A stretch of DNA of 64,000 nucleotides from Clostridia bacterium (GCA_050951325.1 JBMNIW010000001.1:129229-193228), one strand, 5' to 3'. Shown: positions 48,306 through 58,051, counted from the first letter of the stretch. Notes: generated by a model not told the origin, from the letters alone. Made by a program: numbers and translations.

Positions 48306-48974
48306 CGCTTATAAAAATGATACTATATCTTCTTAATGAGTGAGCAAAGGGTTTTCAAAACTCTTGATTTTGATGAAGGGAACTACCTAGTCCCTTCGTT
48401 TTACTGTGTGTCGGCATGACACAAGCCTTGCAGGTGAAAGTCCTGCCACAGGTATAAAGTGTACCCCTTGTCAAGGACATTTCGGGTTTTTGTTATTCCG
48501 GTCACACAAGTATTATGTTATACTAATGTTGTTTTACCACAGGAGGGATTTAGCCTCTGTTCTCAAAAAAAGCTCATAGTTATGCGGTTTTGATGTTAAA
48601 ATTGGTATGTTGCAAATTCGGGCTAATTTTTGATAGAATAAAGCAAAACTAAAAGACAAGGAAGAAACATTTTGAGGAATAACTACTTAGCAAAATTAGT
48701 AAAATACATGAAAGAAGTCTATGATATTGAAAAAGGTTTAAATAACCTTGCCGATGGAAGAGTAAGAAACATGCTTACACAAGTTTCATTACACACAAGG
48801 GTTTGTATCATCATATTACTGATGATGTACCGGATGAGTTTACTTTCTATGGAGGTGGATCAATATGCAATACAATTTACAGTACCTTGAAAATTTAACA
48901 CAAACCTCCAATATTCATATGTAATGTGGTATAATATATACATACACACTACATATAGATTTAAGGAGAAATTC

Positions 48975-49469
48975 ATGGCTTTTGTTGAAAATAACAGTAA
49001 CCAACTAACTTTTAATGACAGTTTTTTAGGCTTAACTCAGCGTGAAAGAAATTTTTTACTAAAGTCTTGAGCAAAACCTTTTGCAGAACTTATTTTCCCT
49101 GCAATCGATGAAAAGCCCTTTATTGTATTATACAGTGATAATCCTGCAAGTCGTTCTAATACACCAGTTAACGTGATTATTGGCTTGTTGATTCTTAAGG
49201 AGTACTTAGGATTATCTGATGATGAAGTTTTAGAATCCTTGTTGTTTGATGTCAGATTCCAATATGCACTTCATACAACAAGTTATGAAGAACAACCTAT
49301 GAGTGATAGAACACTTAGTAGGTTTAGAGCAAGATGTCTCGCATATGAGAAGGAAACAGGAGTAGATCTGATTAAAGAATGCATTAATTCACTATCAGGA
49401 AAGATTGCAGCATTGCATATTACACCGAGGTCGTTAGGCAGAAGGAAATTGAGCGTAAAAAAATGCTAA
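48975..49469 (+). pseudogene. IS1182/IS5-type transposase N-terminal (DUF772-like) fragment with a premature stop.
   Basis: MAFVENNSNQLTFNDSFLGLTQRERNFLLKS*(TGA)AKPFAELIFPAIDEKPFIVLYSDNPASRSNTPVNVIIGLLILKEYLGLSDDEVLESLLFDVRFQYAL...SDRTLSRFRARC. Confidence 0.45.
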
Positions 49470-51013
49470 ATGAGGATATGCGTCCAAGAGCATTTGGGGA
49501 TTGTGTTGAAAAAAATGTTGGATATTTCCTGTTCCATTCCTTGATTGAGGAACTTGAGGTCAAGGAAGTAATAGATATTCTCGCCTCTGTCTGTAAGTTT
49601 CGTTTTAGTGTTTACGACCTGCTTACCCAACTTATCTATTCCAGGATCATATGTCCTTGCTCGAAATCCAAGACTGTTTCGGATGTTTTCCCACTCTTGT
49701 ATCGGTATTCTCCGATATCTGAAGACCAGGTTTATGACGGACTTTTCTTTATTGGCGGATCCTATAAGAAGTATATAGAGTTATTTAACAAACAATACGA
49801 GAAGTTCTACAAAAGAAACTACAATAGAGCTTATTTTGATTGTACGAATTATTACTTCGAGATAGACTTTCCGAAGGATGACAAGCAGAAAGGTCCTTCA
49901 AAAGAAAATAGCAAAAACCCCATCATTGGGCAGGCTATGCTTCTTGATTCGGACCTTGTTCCGATTAGTATGCAAATGTATCCGGGAAACGAGTCCGAGA
50001 AGCCATATATAAGGAAAATAATCGAAGAGATGAAGCAGAAATACAATGTGACCGGTAAGACTGTTCAAATTGCAGACAAGGGGCTTAACTGTGCCCGTAA
50101 CATATATGCTGCCGTTGTAGAGGCTAATGACGGATACATCTTTACAAAAGCCATTAAAGGTAGAAAACTAAGCAATAAAGAGAAAAATTGGATCCTGCTC
50201 GAGAATCAAGACAATGTATTTACCGATTATACAGACGCTAAGGGAAACTTGTTATACCGCCTGAAGAGCTGCGTTGATACTTTTGAATATTCCTTCGAAG
50301 AAACTGATCCTGATACCGGCGAGAACAGGAAAATCACTTTCTCGGTAAAAGAAAAGTGCGTAGTTTCATACAATCCATGCCTTGCAAGGAAGCAGCAGGC
50401 TGAGATAAAAAAGATGGTAGACAAAACTCTCAACTACGTTACCCATAAACAGTTGGTAAAAGAAGAGATAGGAGATGCTTCAAAATATTTGAAAGTCACC
50501 AACAAAGACAAACACGGCAGGAAAATTGAGCCTATAATTGAAATAGACACAGCCAAAGTTGAAGAGGACATGAAATTAGCCGGGTACAATCTTATTGTCA
50601 CATCCGAAATCGACATGACGCCGAATCAGATATACGAGGCATATCACGGACTATGGAAGATTGAAGAGAGCTTCCGAATCTCTAAATCCTATCTTGACGC
50701 AAGACCTGCTTATGTACAAAAGCAAGAAACAATTTACGGGCATTTTCTTATATGTTACCTTAGTTTGTTTCTTTTACGTATATTGGAAATCAAGTGTTTC
50801 AAAGACAAAGTTAATGCCTATGACATCATAACATTCATACGTGACTTCAGAGTCGTGAAGAAGGATGACAACACGTACATAAACCTTTCCCGCAATCGAA
50901 GTGCTAATGAAAAGATTAAGTCTGTTACTGGGATCAATGTATTGGATGCTCTGTACTTAACAGAACGAGAACTTGACAATTTATTTGATTCTACTATCCT
51001 AATCGACTACTAA
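49463..51013 (+). CDS. IS4-superfamily DDE transposase body, IS1634-like; lacks the ~70-aa N-terminus, which appears to sit at 45621..45785.
   Basis: D..T..YYFE (NRAYFDCTNYYFEID), QIADKGLN, and the C-terminal YEAYHGLWKIEESFRISKSYL signature. 516 aa. Confidence 0.7.
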   Translation: MLNEDMRPRAFGDCVEKNVGYFLFHSLIEELEVKEVIDILASVCKFRFSVYDLLTQLIYSRIICPCSKSKTVSDVFPLLYRYSPISEDQVYDGLFFIGGSYKKYIELFNKQYEKFYKRNYNRAYFDCTNYYFEIDFPKDDKQKGPSKENSKNPIIGQAMLLDSDLVPISMQMYPGNESEKPYIRKIIEEMKQKYNVTGKTVQIADKGLNCARNIYAAVVEANDGYIFTKAIKGRKLSNKEKNWILLENQDNVFTDYTDAKGNLLYRLKSCVDTFEYSFEETDPDTGENRKITFSVKEKCVVSYNPCLARKQQAEIKKMVDKTLNYVTHKQLVKEEIGDASKYLKVTNKDKHGRKIEPIIEIDTAKVEEDMKLAGYNLIVTSEIDMTPNQIYEAYHGLWKIEESFRISKSYLDARPAYVQKQETIYGHFLICYLSLFLLRILEIKCFKDKVNAYDIITFIRDFRVVKKDDNTYINLSRNRSANEKIKSVTGINVLDALYLTERELDNLFDSTILIDY

Positions 51014-51048
51014 GGTACTATGTTTTGAGTTGAACGACGGAAGTCAGG

Positions 51049-51374
51049 TATTATACTAAATTAATCGGATTTTTATAATATTTTTTTATCACTTTTTATA
51101 ATTTTTGTACAGAAATCGGAACTCTTTTTTATTTGTAAATTTTATGTTAACACCCTTGATTATGACGTTACGTAATGTTTTATACTATCAGGGAGGTGAT
51201 AAATAATGAATGAAGACTGCTTGTTTACAGTAGGAGAACTTGCAAAAAAATGTGGAGTTACTGTGCGAACGCTGCAATACTACGACCAATGCGGATTACT
51301 TTCGCCCAGCCGCTACTCGGAAGGTGGAAGACGCCTTTACAGTATTGATGATGTTTTGCGTTTGCAGCAAATCC
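51049..51374. repeat. Right copy of the 326-bp direct repeat (part of the intact merR-like gene and its promoter).
   Basis: Identical to 45099..45424. Confidence 0.85.
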
Positions 51375-51988
51375 TGTTCTTCAAGGGCTTTGGATTCACG
51401 CTTGAAGAAATACGCAATAGATTAATGACAATAAACTCAGCCCAGGATTTTGCCAAATTACTTGCAAAACAAAAAAATGTCATCGAGGAACAAATAAGAC
51501 ATTTAGAGAAGATAGTATCTCTTATGGATGAAACCATAGAGAGAATAGGCCCTAGTGAGAACCTCTCAATAAACATGGTTATGGCAATATTGAAAGCTGC
51601 AAAACAAAATGACTTTTATTCTCTGGTAATTGACAGTATAGACAAGAAATACATGGATTCCTTTTTATTAAATGAAGCCAAAACCGACTTAAAAGATTGG
51701 GACTCTCTTTTGACAAGATTAAAAGAATTACATAAGAAAGATGCAGACCCTTTTGGACAGGAAGCAGAAAAACTGGCAGAAGACTGGTGGAACAGGATAA
51801 TGGAATTGACAGGAGGAGATCCTAATTTGATTGCTACTGTATTTAGTGCTGGAGAGTCCTTGCCCAACTGGCCGGAAGAAACTGATGACATAAAGACTGC
51901 CATTGAAAAGATCCTATCCCCTGCTCTTGGCAGTTACCTGCTAAAACAAGGTATCGTCCCACCGGGCATGGAGGATGGTTTCAAATGA
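51206..51988 (+). CDS. MerR-family transcriptional regulator with a C-terminal effector domain.
   Basis: N-terminal MerR HTH FTVGELAKKCGVTVRTLQYYDQCGLL, coiled-coil region, 260 aa. Confidence 0.8.
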   Translation: MNEDCLFTVGELAKKCGVTVRTLQYYDQCGLLSPSRYSEGGRRLYSIDDVLRLQQILFFKGFGFTLEEIRNRLMTINSAQDFAKLLAKQKNVIEEQIRHLEKIVSLMDETIERIGPSENLSINMVMAILKAAKQNDFYSLVIDSIDKKYMDSFLLNEAKTDLKDWDSLLTRLKELHKKDADPFGQEAEKLAEDWWNRIMELTGGDPNLIATVFSAGESLPNWPEETDDIKTAIEKILSPALGSYLLKQGIVPPGMEDGFK

Positions 51989-52890
51989 CTCTGGCAGTTC
52001 AAGTAAACTCGTTGGTAAAGAAATACGGTTCAAATACGGCTGTCGACAATATCTCTTTTAATATATATAAAGGCGAAGTCTTTGGTCTGTTGGGACCAAA
52101 TGGAGCCGGAAAAACCACAACTCTTGAAATTATTGAAGGTCTGCGCATGCCAACATTGGGAGAAGTTTATGTAGAAGGCCTAAGTCCAATAAGAGATACA
52201 AAAGAACTAAGAAAAGTCCTGGGAGTTCAATTGCAGATATCCACGCTGCCTGAAGTCATGCGTGTTGACGAGGCAATGGAACTTATTTGCACCTTCAAAG
52301 GCATAAAGCCCAGGTACGATTTGCTTGAAAGGTTCGGATTGGTAAAACAAAAAAAGCAGCAATATGGAAAACTCTCTACAGGACAAAAGAGAAGACTTCA
52401 ACTTGCCTTGGCTATCTGTGGCAATCCCAAAGTTGTAATACTGGATGAACCAACAGCAGGTGTAGATGTTCAAGGAAGGGCGCAGCTTCATAATGCCATT
52501 AGGGAACTTAGAAAAAATGGCGTTACAGTAGTTATAGCGACTCATGACATGGCAGAGGCCGAAAGCTTGTGTGACAGAATCGCCATAATCATAAACGGCA
52601 AACTTGCAGCTTTGGGAAGCCCCGATGAAGTAACAGCAAAAGGCAGCTTTCAAACAAGAATAACCATCCGCACCAAGAAAGGAAATTTAACTTCACAAGG
52701 TAATATTAAAAAAGCCACTTTTGCAAGCCAAAAGGAAAACAATGCCTTATGGCTCTGCACGGATACAGCTTCTGCAATAATTGAAATGCTGTCTGCCATT
52801 GATGCAGATGATGAGGTTCTTGTTCTGAGAGTGGAAAGACCGTCTCTTGAAGAAAGATTCTTGGAACTTATGGAAGGAGGAAACTCATGA
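51985..52890 (+). CDS. ABC transporter ATP-binding protein.
   Basis: Walker A GPNGAGKTT. Signature LSTGQKRRLQLALAI. Walker B ILDEPTAGVD. ATGA overlap with merR. Confidence 0.9.
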   Translation: MTLAVQVNSLVKKYGSNTAVDNISFNIYKGEVFGLLGPNGAGKTTTLEIIEGLRMPTLGEVYVEGLSPIRDTKELRKVLGVQLQISTLPEVMRVDEAMELICTFKGIKPRYDLLERFGLVKQKKQQYGKLSTGQKRRLQLALAICGNPKVVILDEPTAGVDVQGRAQLHNAIRELRKNGVTVVIATHDMAEAESLCDRIAIIINGKLAALGSPDEVTAKGSFQTRITIRTKKGNLTSQGNIKKATFASQKENNALWLCTDTASAIIEMLSAIDADDEVLVLRVERPSLEERFLELMEGGNS

Positions 52891-53627
52891 AGGCGTTAAT
52901 AAAACAACTCAGCATACAATTGAAAATGGATGTCAGGGACAAAGGAACTTTAATGGTATTCTACTTGGTTCCCCTTGGATTCTTTATTGTGGTAGGTGCT
53001 GTATTTTCTTCTGTAAATCCGGAGATTAAACCAATCCTGTCTGCTACCATGGCTATTTTCTCAACTACCATGGGTGCTGTTATTGGAATACCACCTGCAA
53101 TAGTCAGAATGAAGGAATCAGGTGCAATACGCGCCTATCAGGCAAGTGGCATACCCATGATCAGTGTGGTTATCACTACAGGACTAAGTGCTTTAATACA
53201 TCTTTCCATAGTGTCAATTGCAATATCCTTGACAGCACCTTTTTTGTACGGGGCAAACATGCCTGAATCCATCACAGGTTATGCGGTAACCCTCCTGTTT
53301 CTTCTCTTATGTAATGTTTCTATTGGTCTTTTGTTAGGTGCAGTAGCTAAAAACACACAAACTGCCACTTTGCTTTCACAAGCTGTATTCATGCCTTCTT
53401 TGATGCTCAGCGGAATCATGTTTCCAACAAGTCTGCTTCCAACACCATTACAGATGATTGGAAACCTCTTTCCCGCAACTTATATAAATCATGCCTTCAG
53501 AGGTTTGGCCTACCGTTTCGACACTGAAATTGCCCCACACACCTCTATGGCTATAATTATGTCAGTTACAATATTAACTCTAGCCTTGTCCATTCGGTAT
53601 TTGGGCAAAATCACAAGTGTAAGATAA
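52887..53627 (+). CDS. ABC-2-type transporter permease.
   Basis: Six predicted TM segments. ATGA overlap with the ATPase gene. Confidence 0.75.
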   Translation: MKALIKQLSIQLKMDVRDKGTLMVFYLVPLGFFIVVGAVFSSVNPEIKPILSATMAIFSTTMGAVIGIPPAIVRMKESGAIRAYQASGIPMISVVITTGLSALIHLSIVSIAISLTAPFLYGANMPESITGYAVTLLFLLLCNVSIGLLLGAVAKNTQTATLLSQAVFMPSLMLSGIMFPTSLLPTPLQMIGNLFPATYINHAFRGLAYRFDTEIAPHTSMAIIMSVTILTLALSIRYLGKITSVR

Positions 53628-53695
53628 CATATATTGTTGACTAATGCGGGAATATAAAATAACATAGAGGTATTAAACAAAGAAGGGAGCAAACT

Positions 53696-54805
53696 GTGAG
53701 ACCAGTAACACTGCTAATCAAGCCTGCATCGAGCTTATGCAATTTAAGATGCACATATTGTTTCTATCATGACGTTGCAAAAAAAAGACTGTCACCTTCA
53801 TACGGCCTTATGACAGAGAAAACCCTTGAAGTCCTTGTACGGAAAGTTTTCCAGTATGCAAAAGGTTTTGCATACTTTGGTTTTCAAGGTGGCGAGCCTA
53901 CATTGGTAGGCTTGACGTTTTTCGAAAAACTGGTGGAGCTTCAAAAGAAGTACAATATCTGGGGTGTTAAAGTTATTAATGCCATACAGACAAACGGAAC
54001 ACATTTGAACAAGAACTGGGCAGAGTTTTTCCATAAAAACAATTTCCTTGTTGGTATCTCCTTGGATGGTCCGCCCAACATACACGACAGATTCAGATTA
54101 AATGCTGATGGAAAAGGTTCTTTTGACAAGGTAATGGGTGCTGTCAAACTGATGGAAAAACACGAGGTTGAATACAATATTCTGTGTGTAGTTAACAATG
54201 TGGTGGCAGAAAATGCAGCCAGGGTTTACAGGTTTTTTAAATCGAACAATATAAAATACATACAATTTATTCCCTGTTTGAATCCCTTCGGAGACGAACA
54301 TGTATATTACGACTACACTTTAACCAGTGAAAACTATTTGAACTTCCTCAAAACCACATTTGATCTTTGGTACGAAGACTGGTCAAGAGGCACACCAATT
54401 AGTATAAGAACCTTTGACAATTACGTGAGCATGATTGCTGGTTACCCTCCAGAAGCCTGCGGAATGAGTGGTGTCTGCTCATGCTACTTCCTTGTTGAAT
54501 CCGATGGAAGCGTCTATCCCTGCGATTTCTATGTTCTTGATGAATACAGGTTAGGGAATGTACTTGAAAACTCTTTGGAAGAGATGATGGAGACGGATAC
54601 TGCGAATGCATTTGTTGAAGAATCCAGGATAATTCATGACAAATGCAAAAATTGCAAATGGTACAGGATCTGCAGAAGCGGATGCAAAAGAAACCGAGAC
54701 CCAAACACACACGAAAACCTGTACTGCGATGCATACTACAACTTTTTTGAGTATGCATATGACAAAATGGACCAGATAGCAAATATATTGAAGAGGCAGA
54801 TATGA
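53696..54805 (+). CDS. Anaerobic sulfatase-maturating enzyme (radical SAM plus SPASM domain, AtsB/ChuR-like).
   Basis: CNLRCTYCFY (CxxxCxxC). C-terminal SPASM cysteines (CGMSGVCSCYF..YPCDFY..CKNCKWYRICRSGC). GTG start after AAGAAGGGAG. Confidence 0.85.
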   Translation: MRPVTLLIKPASSLCNLRCTYCFYHDVAKKRLSPSYGLMTEKTLEVLVRKVFQYAKGFAYFGFQGGEPTLVGLTFFEKLVELQKKYNIWGVKVINAIQTNGTHLNKNWAEFFHKNNFLVGISLDGPPNIHDRFRLNADGKGSFDKVMGAVKLMEKHEVEYNILCVVNNVVAENAARVYRFFKSNNIKYIQFIPCLNPFGDEHVYYDYTLTSENYLNFLKTTFDLWYEDWSRGTPISIRTFDNYVSMIAGYPPEACGMSGVCSCYFLVESDGSVYPCDFYVLDEYRLGNVLENSLEEMMETDTANAFVEESRIIHDKCKNCKWYRICRSGCKRNRDPNTHENLYCDAYYNFFEYAYDKMDQIANILKRQI

Positions 54806-54810
54806 AAAAT

Positions 54811-54836
54811 CTGGCGTTTTTTCGCCAGCCTCTTTA
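54811..54836 (+). terminator. Weak intrinsic terminator after the anSME gene.
   Basis: CUGGCG-UUUUUU-CGCCAG (6-bp stem) just after the stop. Confidence 0.35.
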
Positions 54837-54960
54837 ACAACTGAGCAAACCAAACCCCTTCCCTTGCCAATTCGTCTATATTCGGCGTCCTAACCGGATA
54901 TTTCCCATTATATCATAACAGTCATATCTCAACTAATCAGCCGTTATTAACAGTACATAG

Positions 54961-55016
54961 TATCTCCTCTTTTGCTTTTTGGCTTATGATACAACCAAAA
55001 AGCAAAAGAGGAGATG
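54961..55016. repeat. Perfect 21-bp inverted repeat with a 12-nt loop.
   Basis: ATCTCCTCTTTTGCTTTTTGG cttatgatacaa CCAAAAAGCAAAAGAGGAGAT. No flanking U-tract. Confidence 0.8.
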
Positions 55017-55093
55017 CGTTCCAAATACTAGATTGCATGCCGATATTACTCATTTAAGAAAACTCTTGAACCCAAAACGGCCTCAAGCATATA

Positions 55094-58024
55094 TTACGGT
55101 ATATTCACAAGCTCTATTTCATCAAAATAGAAGACTCCACTGCTTGCACTGTCTGCAGGATCAAATCTAAGCCTTGTAAGATTTCCAATCCATTTCTCCA
55201 CATTACTCATGTCAAGCACTATTTCCTCAAAATCCGTCATATTACTTTTCAACGTAAACATCTTGAACTGTCCGGCAATATTCGGATGAACTGTTGTGGT
55301 AAAGTAAACCTGACATCTTGTTGAATTAGTCGTATTCATATACCTAATCTTTACCGCATTGTACTTCTCAAGAGGAACCGACAAATCAGTCTTCATCATG
55401 TAAGCATCCTGTCCTGTAATGTTGCATCCAAGTTTCCCATCCTTAACCTCGAAGGTCATGTTGTTGGCAGCCCTCCAGCCTTCTGCATCCTTTTCAAAAG
55501 ACCATGTAACCTCCGGGGATTTTCCGACCAGCTCAATAGAATCGTAGAGTATTGATCCAGAATCGGCATTATCTATGCCGTCTATCCGTATCTGCACAAT
55601 ATTGTCCTTCCAGCCTTCATATTTCCCAAGGTCAATGAAGTAAGTGACAAAATCATCCATGTATGATGGAATGTATATCCTCTCGCTCTTTTTCTGGATA
55701 TTGTACTGGCCATCCGAGGAAGTTATCCAATAAACTTCCATTTCCCAGGCACTGGACATATTCTTAAACCTTATCTTCAACACCGATGCCTCAACACTAT
55801 TGATATTTATCTCCGGCGAATGAATATATGCATCCGTTTCATTAACAGTAAACTTGATACAGCCATTTTCCCGTTCAAGGTTGCCCTTTCTTGCAACTGG
55901 TACAAAGAATCCGTCAAGACCATCATCAAACTGCCAGGAAACTATCGCTTCTCCCAAACCCTTTGGAGCAGTTACAAGCTGTTCATACACCATTTTGTTC
56001 TTTTCCATATCTACAAAAGATGGTGTCATGTTTGGCAACCACTTTACCTCATCCCTTTTTTCAAAGGAGTCAAAATATGCATGGGTTCTTTTAATATCCT
56101 CATTAGTAAGGTTGACCTTATCTCCAGCAACAATGATAAGATCTCCGTAAACCGCAACCTTCTTCTTAAGCTTTCCGGATTCCACATATCCATCCTTGCC
56201 TTTTACCCCCAGGATATCAGCTGGCAGATATATCTTCTTGCCGTCCTTTTTAGGAACCAGAACAAGCTTGCCATCATACCCTTTGTTAATAACAGACCTT
56301 GTTCCTATTCTGAACACAACGGCATCCTTAATCTTTCCAAGATACTCAGTATCCGCATTCTCTATTACCACTTTTGGATATTCTTTTATGGCACTATCCT
56401 TTTCAACCTCTTTTGCAAATTTCTTCACCCACCCATCCCATGCAATATATTCTATTGGAACCTCGGCATTGGAATTATATGCATTATTCTTAACAGGCAT
56501 TGCTTGAGGAGTTTTAGCCAAGTGTTCCTCTATATAACCTTTCAACTCTTCCACTTTATCAGGATATTTGTCAGCAAGATTTACCGTTTCAGAAATGTTT
56601 TCCTTGAGATTGTAAAGCTCATATCTTTCTTTTCTACCCTGAAGAGTTTCGTAATTTACAATAAGTTTCCACTCTCCCGAATTCACTGCTATGGCCGAGG
56701 TGTTGCCAGGCGCAGGTACATTCTGCAAAAAGACTGTAAATATGCCCTTGCGCTCAAGAGTCTTTTTTGTTCCATTTAAAAGAGGGACCAACGACACACC
56801 GTCAAGAACCTGTGTGCGATCTTCCAAACAGTGATGGTTTGCATTTTTAAATTTTGAGGGATCTATTGTAATGTCAGCCAGTTCAAGCAACGTCGGATAG
56901 AAGTCAACAGCATGAATATTTTCCTTTATGACTCCTCCTTTGGTCATACCAGGAACCTTCATTACACAAGGTACCCTTATGCCTCCTTCGTAAATTGTTC
57001 CCTTGCCCTGCCTGAGCGGATAGTTGTTTGTCGGAAAAGATCCGTCAACACTGTCATACATATTGCCGCCGTTGTCTCCCATAAACACAATGACGGTATT
57101 GTCATACACTCCGTTTCTTTTCAGACTGTCTACTACCTTTCCTATCGCATCGTCCAACGCCTTTATCATGGCGGCCATCTGATAGCAGTTCTCCTGTTTG
57201 CTGCCTGGTGCATCCTTATTCTTGAAGTACTCTATGTATTCTTTCTTTGCATGGAAAGGTCCATGAACTGAAAAATCCCACAACTCAAGCAGGAAGGGTT
57301 CTCCCTTCTTAACTGCATCCGTGATAAATTTATCCGCTTCTCTTGCCAGTCTGTCAGTTATGTGTTCATCCTCCATGAAAAGCTCACCATTGTCCCATAC
57401 ATTACCAGGAAAACCGCCAAAGTATGGTGGATAATATCTACCAGGACCTGCAACCGGCATTCCCAGGTCCACGTCAAAACCTCTATTTCTCATCTGATGC
57501 TCTTCACCCCTGCCCAGGTGATGCTTGCCGATAAACCCGGTGAAATATCCATTATCCTGGAACGCCTGTCCAATGGTAAACAGATTTTCTGGCAGTGCAT
57601 TAAGAGAATTTTTTGTTCTGTACTCCTGCCATGGACTTGCTCCTCCGTCAACATTGAATTTCTCATCGCTTCCCTCCAGGTGCCCCCTGGGAGCATTAAT
57701 CATTGTTCTGTGAGGATACTGTCCAGTTAGAAGCGCTGAACGAGTTGGGGAACACAATGGATGAGCATATGCGTTTGTAAACGTTATACCATCTCTAGCA
57801 AGATTTTGCAGATTGGGCGTTTCATAAAAAGTACTGCCATTCAAAGCGGTATCCATATACCCAAAATCATCACCCAGTATAAATACAAAATTCATCTTAC
57901 CGCTGTAAGCCTTATCCTTTTTATCTGTTTTCTTAAAATGCCTATACACCATACCTGCCGAAACAGCTGAAGCTGCAGCAACAGATATGGCAACTGCAGC
58001 TGTGATAAATTTTTTACGTTTCAT
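55094..58024 (-). CDS. Cys-type sulfatase (976 aa) with two tandem C-terminal ~150-aa domains of unknown function.
   Basis: Signal peptide. Sulfatase signature LCSPTRSALLTG (C-x-P-x-R). The C-terminal repeats (..GCIKFTVNETDAYIHSP..VLKIRFKNMSS..IVQIRIDG..ILYDSIELV / ..LGCNITGQDAYMMKT..AVKIRYMNTTN..LTRLRFDP..VFYFDEIELV) match the domain of 1521..2351 and 61217..61930. Confidence 0.85.
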   Translation of the reverse strand: MKRKKFITAAVAISVAAASAVSAGMVYRHFKKTDKKDKAYSGKMNFVFILGDDFGYMDTALNGSTFYETPNLQNLARDGITFTNAYAHPLCSPTRSALLTGQYPHRTMINAPRGHLEGSDEKFNVDGGASPWQEYRTKNSLNALPENLFTIGQAFQDNGYFTGFIGKHHLGRGEEHQMRNRGFDVDLGMPVAGPGRYYPPYFGGFPGNVWDNGELFMEDEHITDRLAREADKFITDAVKKGEPFLLELWDFSVHGPFHAKKEYIEYFKNKDAPGSKQENCYQMAAMIKALDDAIGKVVDSLKRNGVYDNTVIVFMGDNGGNMYDSVDGSFPTNNYPLRQGKGTIYEGGIRVPCVMKVPGMTKGGVIKENIHAVDFYPTLLELADITIDPSKFKNANHHCLEDRTQVLDGVSLVPLLNGTKKTLERKGIFTVFLQNVPAPGNTSAIAVNSGEWKLIVNYETLQGRKERYELYNLKENISETVNLADKYPDKVEELKGYIEEHLAKTPQAMPVKNNAYNSNAEVPIEYIAWDGWVKKFAKEVEKDSAIKEYPKVVIENADTEYLGKIKDAVVFRIGTRSVINKGYDGKLVLVPKKDGKKIYLPADILGVKGKDGYVESGKLKKKVAVYGDLIIVAGDKVNLTNEDIKRTHAYFDSFEKRDEVKWLPNMTPSFVDMEKNKMVYEQLVTAPKGLGEAIVSWQFDDGLDGFFVPVARKGNLERENGCIKFTVNETDAYIHSPEININSVEASVLKIRFKNMSSAWEMEVYWITSSDGQYNIQKKSERIYIPSYMDDFVTYFIDLGKYEGWKDNIVQIRIDGIDNADSGSILYDSIELVGKSPEVTWSFEKDAEGWRAANNMTFEVKDGKLGCNITGQDAYMMKTDLSVPLEKYNAVKIRYMNTTNSTRCQVYFTTTVHPNIAGQFKMFTLKSNMTDFEEIVLDMSNVEKWIGNLTRLRFDPADSASSGVFYFDEIELVNIP

Positions 58025-58051
58025 TCAAAAACCTCCCTTAATCAACTCCAC

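Larger units (their letters stand above)
45425..51048. mobile_element. IS4-superfamily (IS1634-like) insertion element carrying nested insertions and IS debris.
   Basis: Bounded exactly by the 326-bp direct repeats. Imperfect terminal inverted repeats CCGTCTTCCGTC... / ...GACGGAAGTCAGG. Contains IS1634-type tnp N-terminal (45621) and body (49463) segments. Confidence 0.6.

Noticed and set aside
54961-55016. The 21-bp palindrome read as a rho-independent terminator.
   Set aside because: No U-tract on either strand. It is kept only as a repeat/structure of unknown role.
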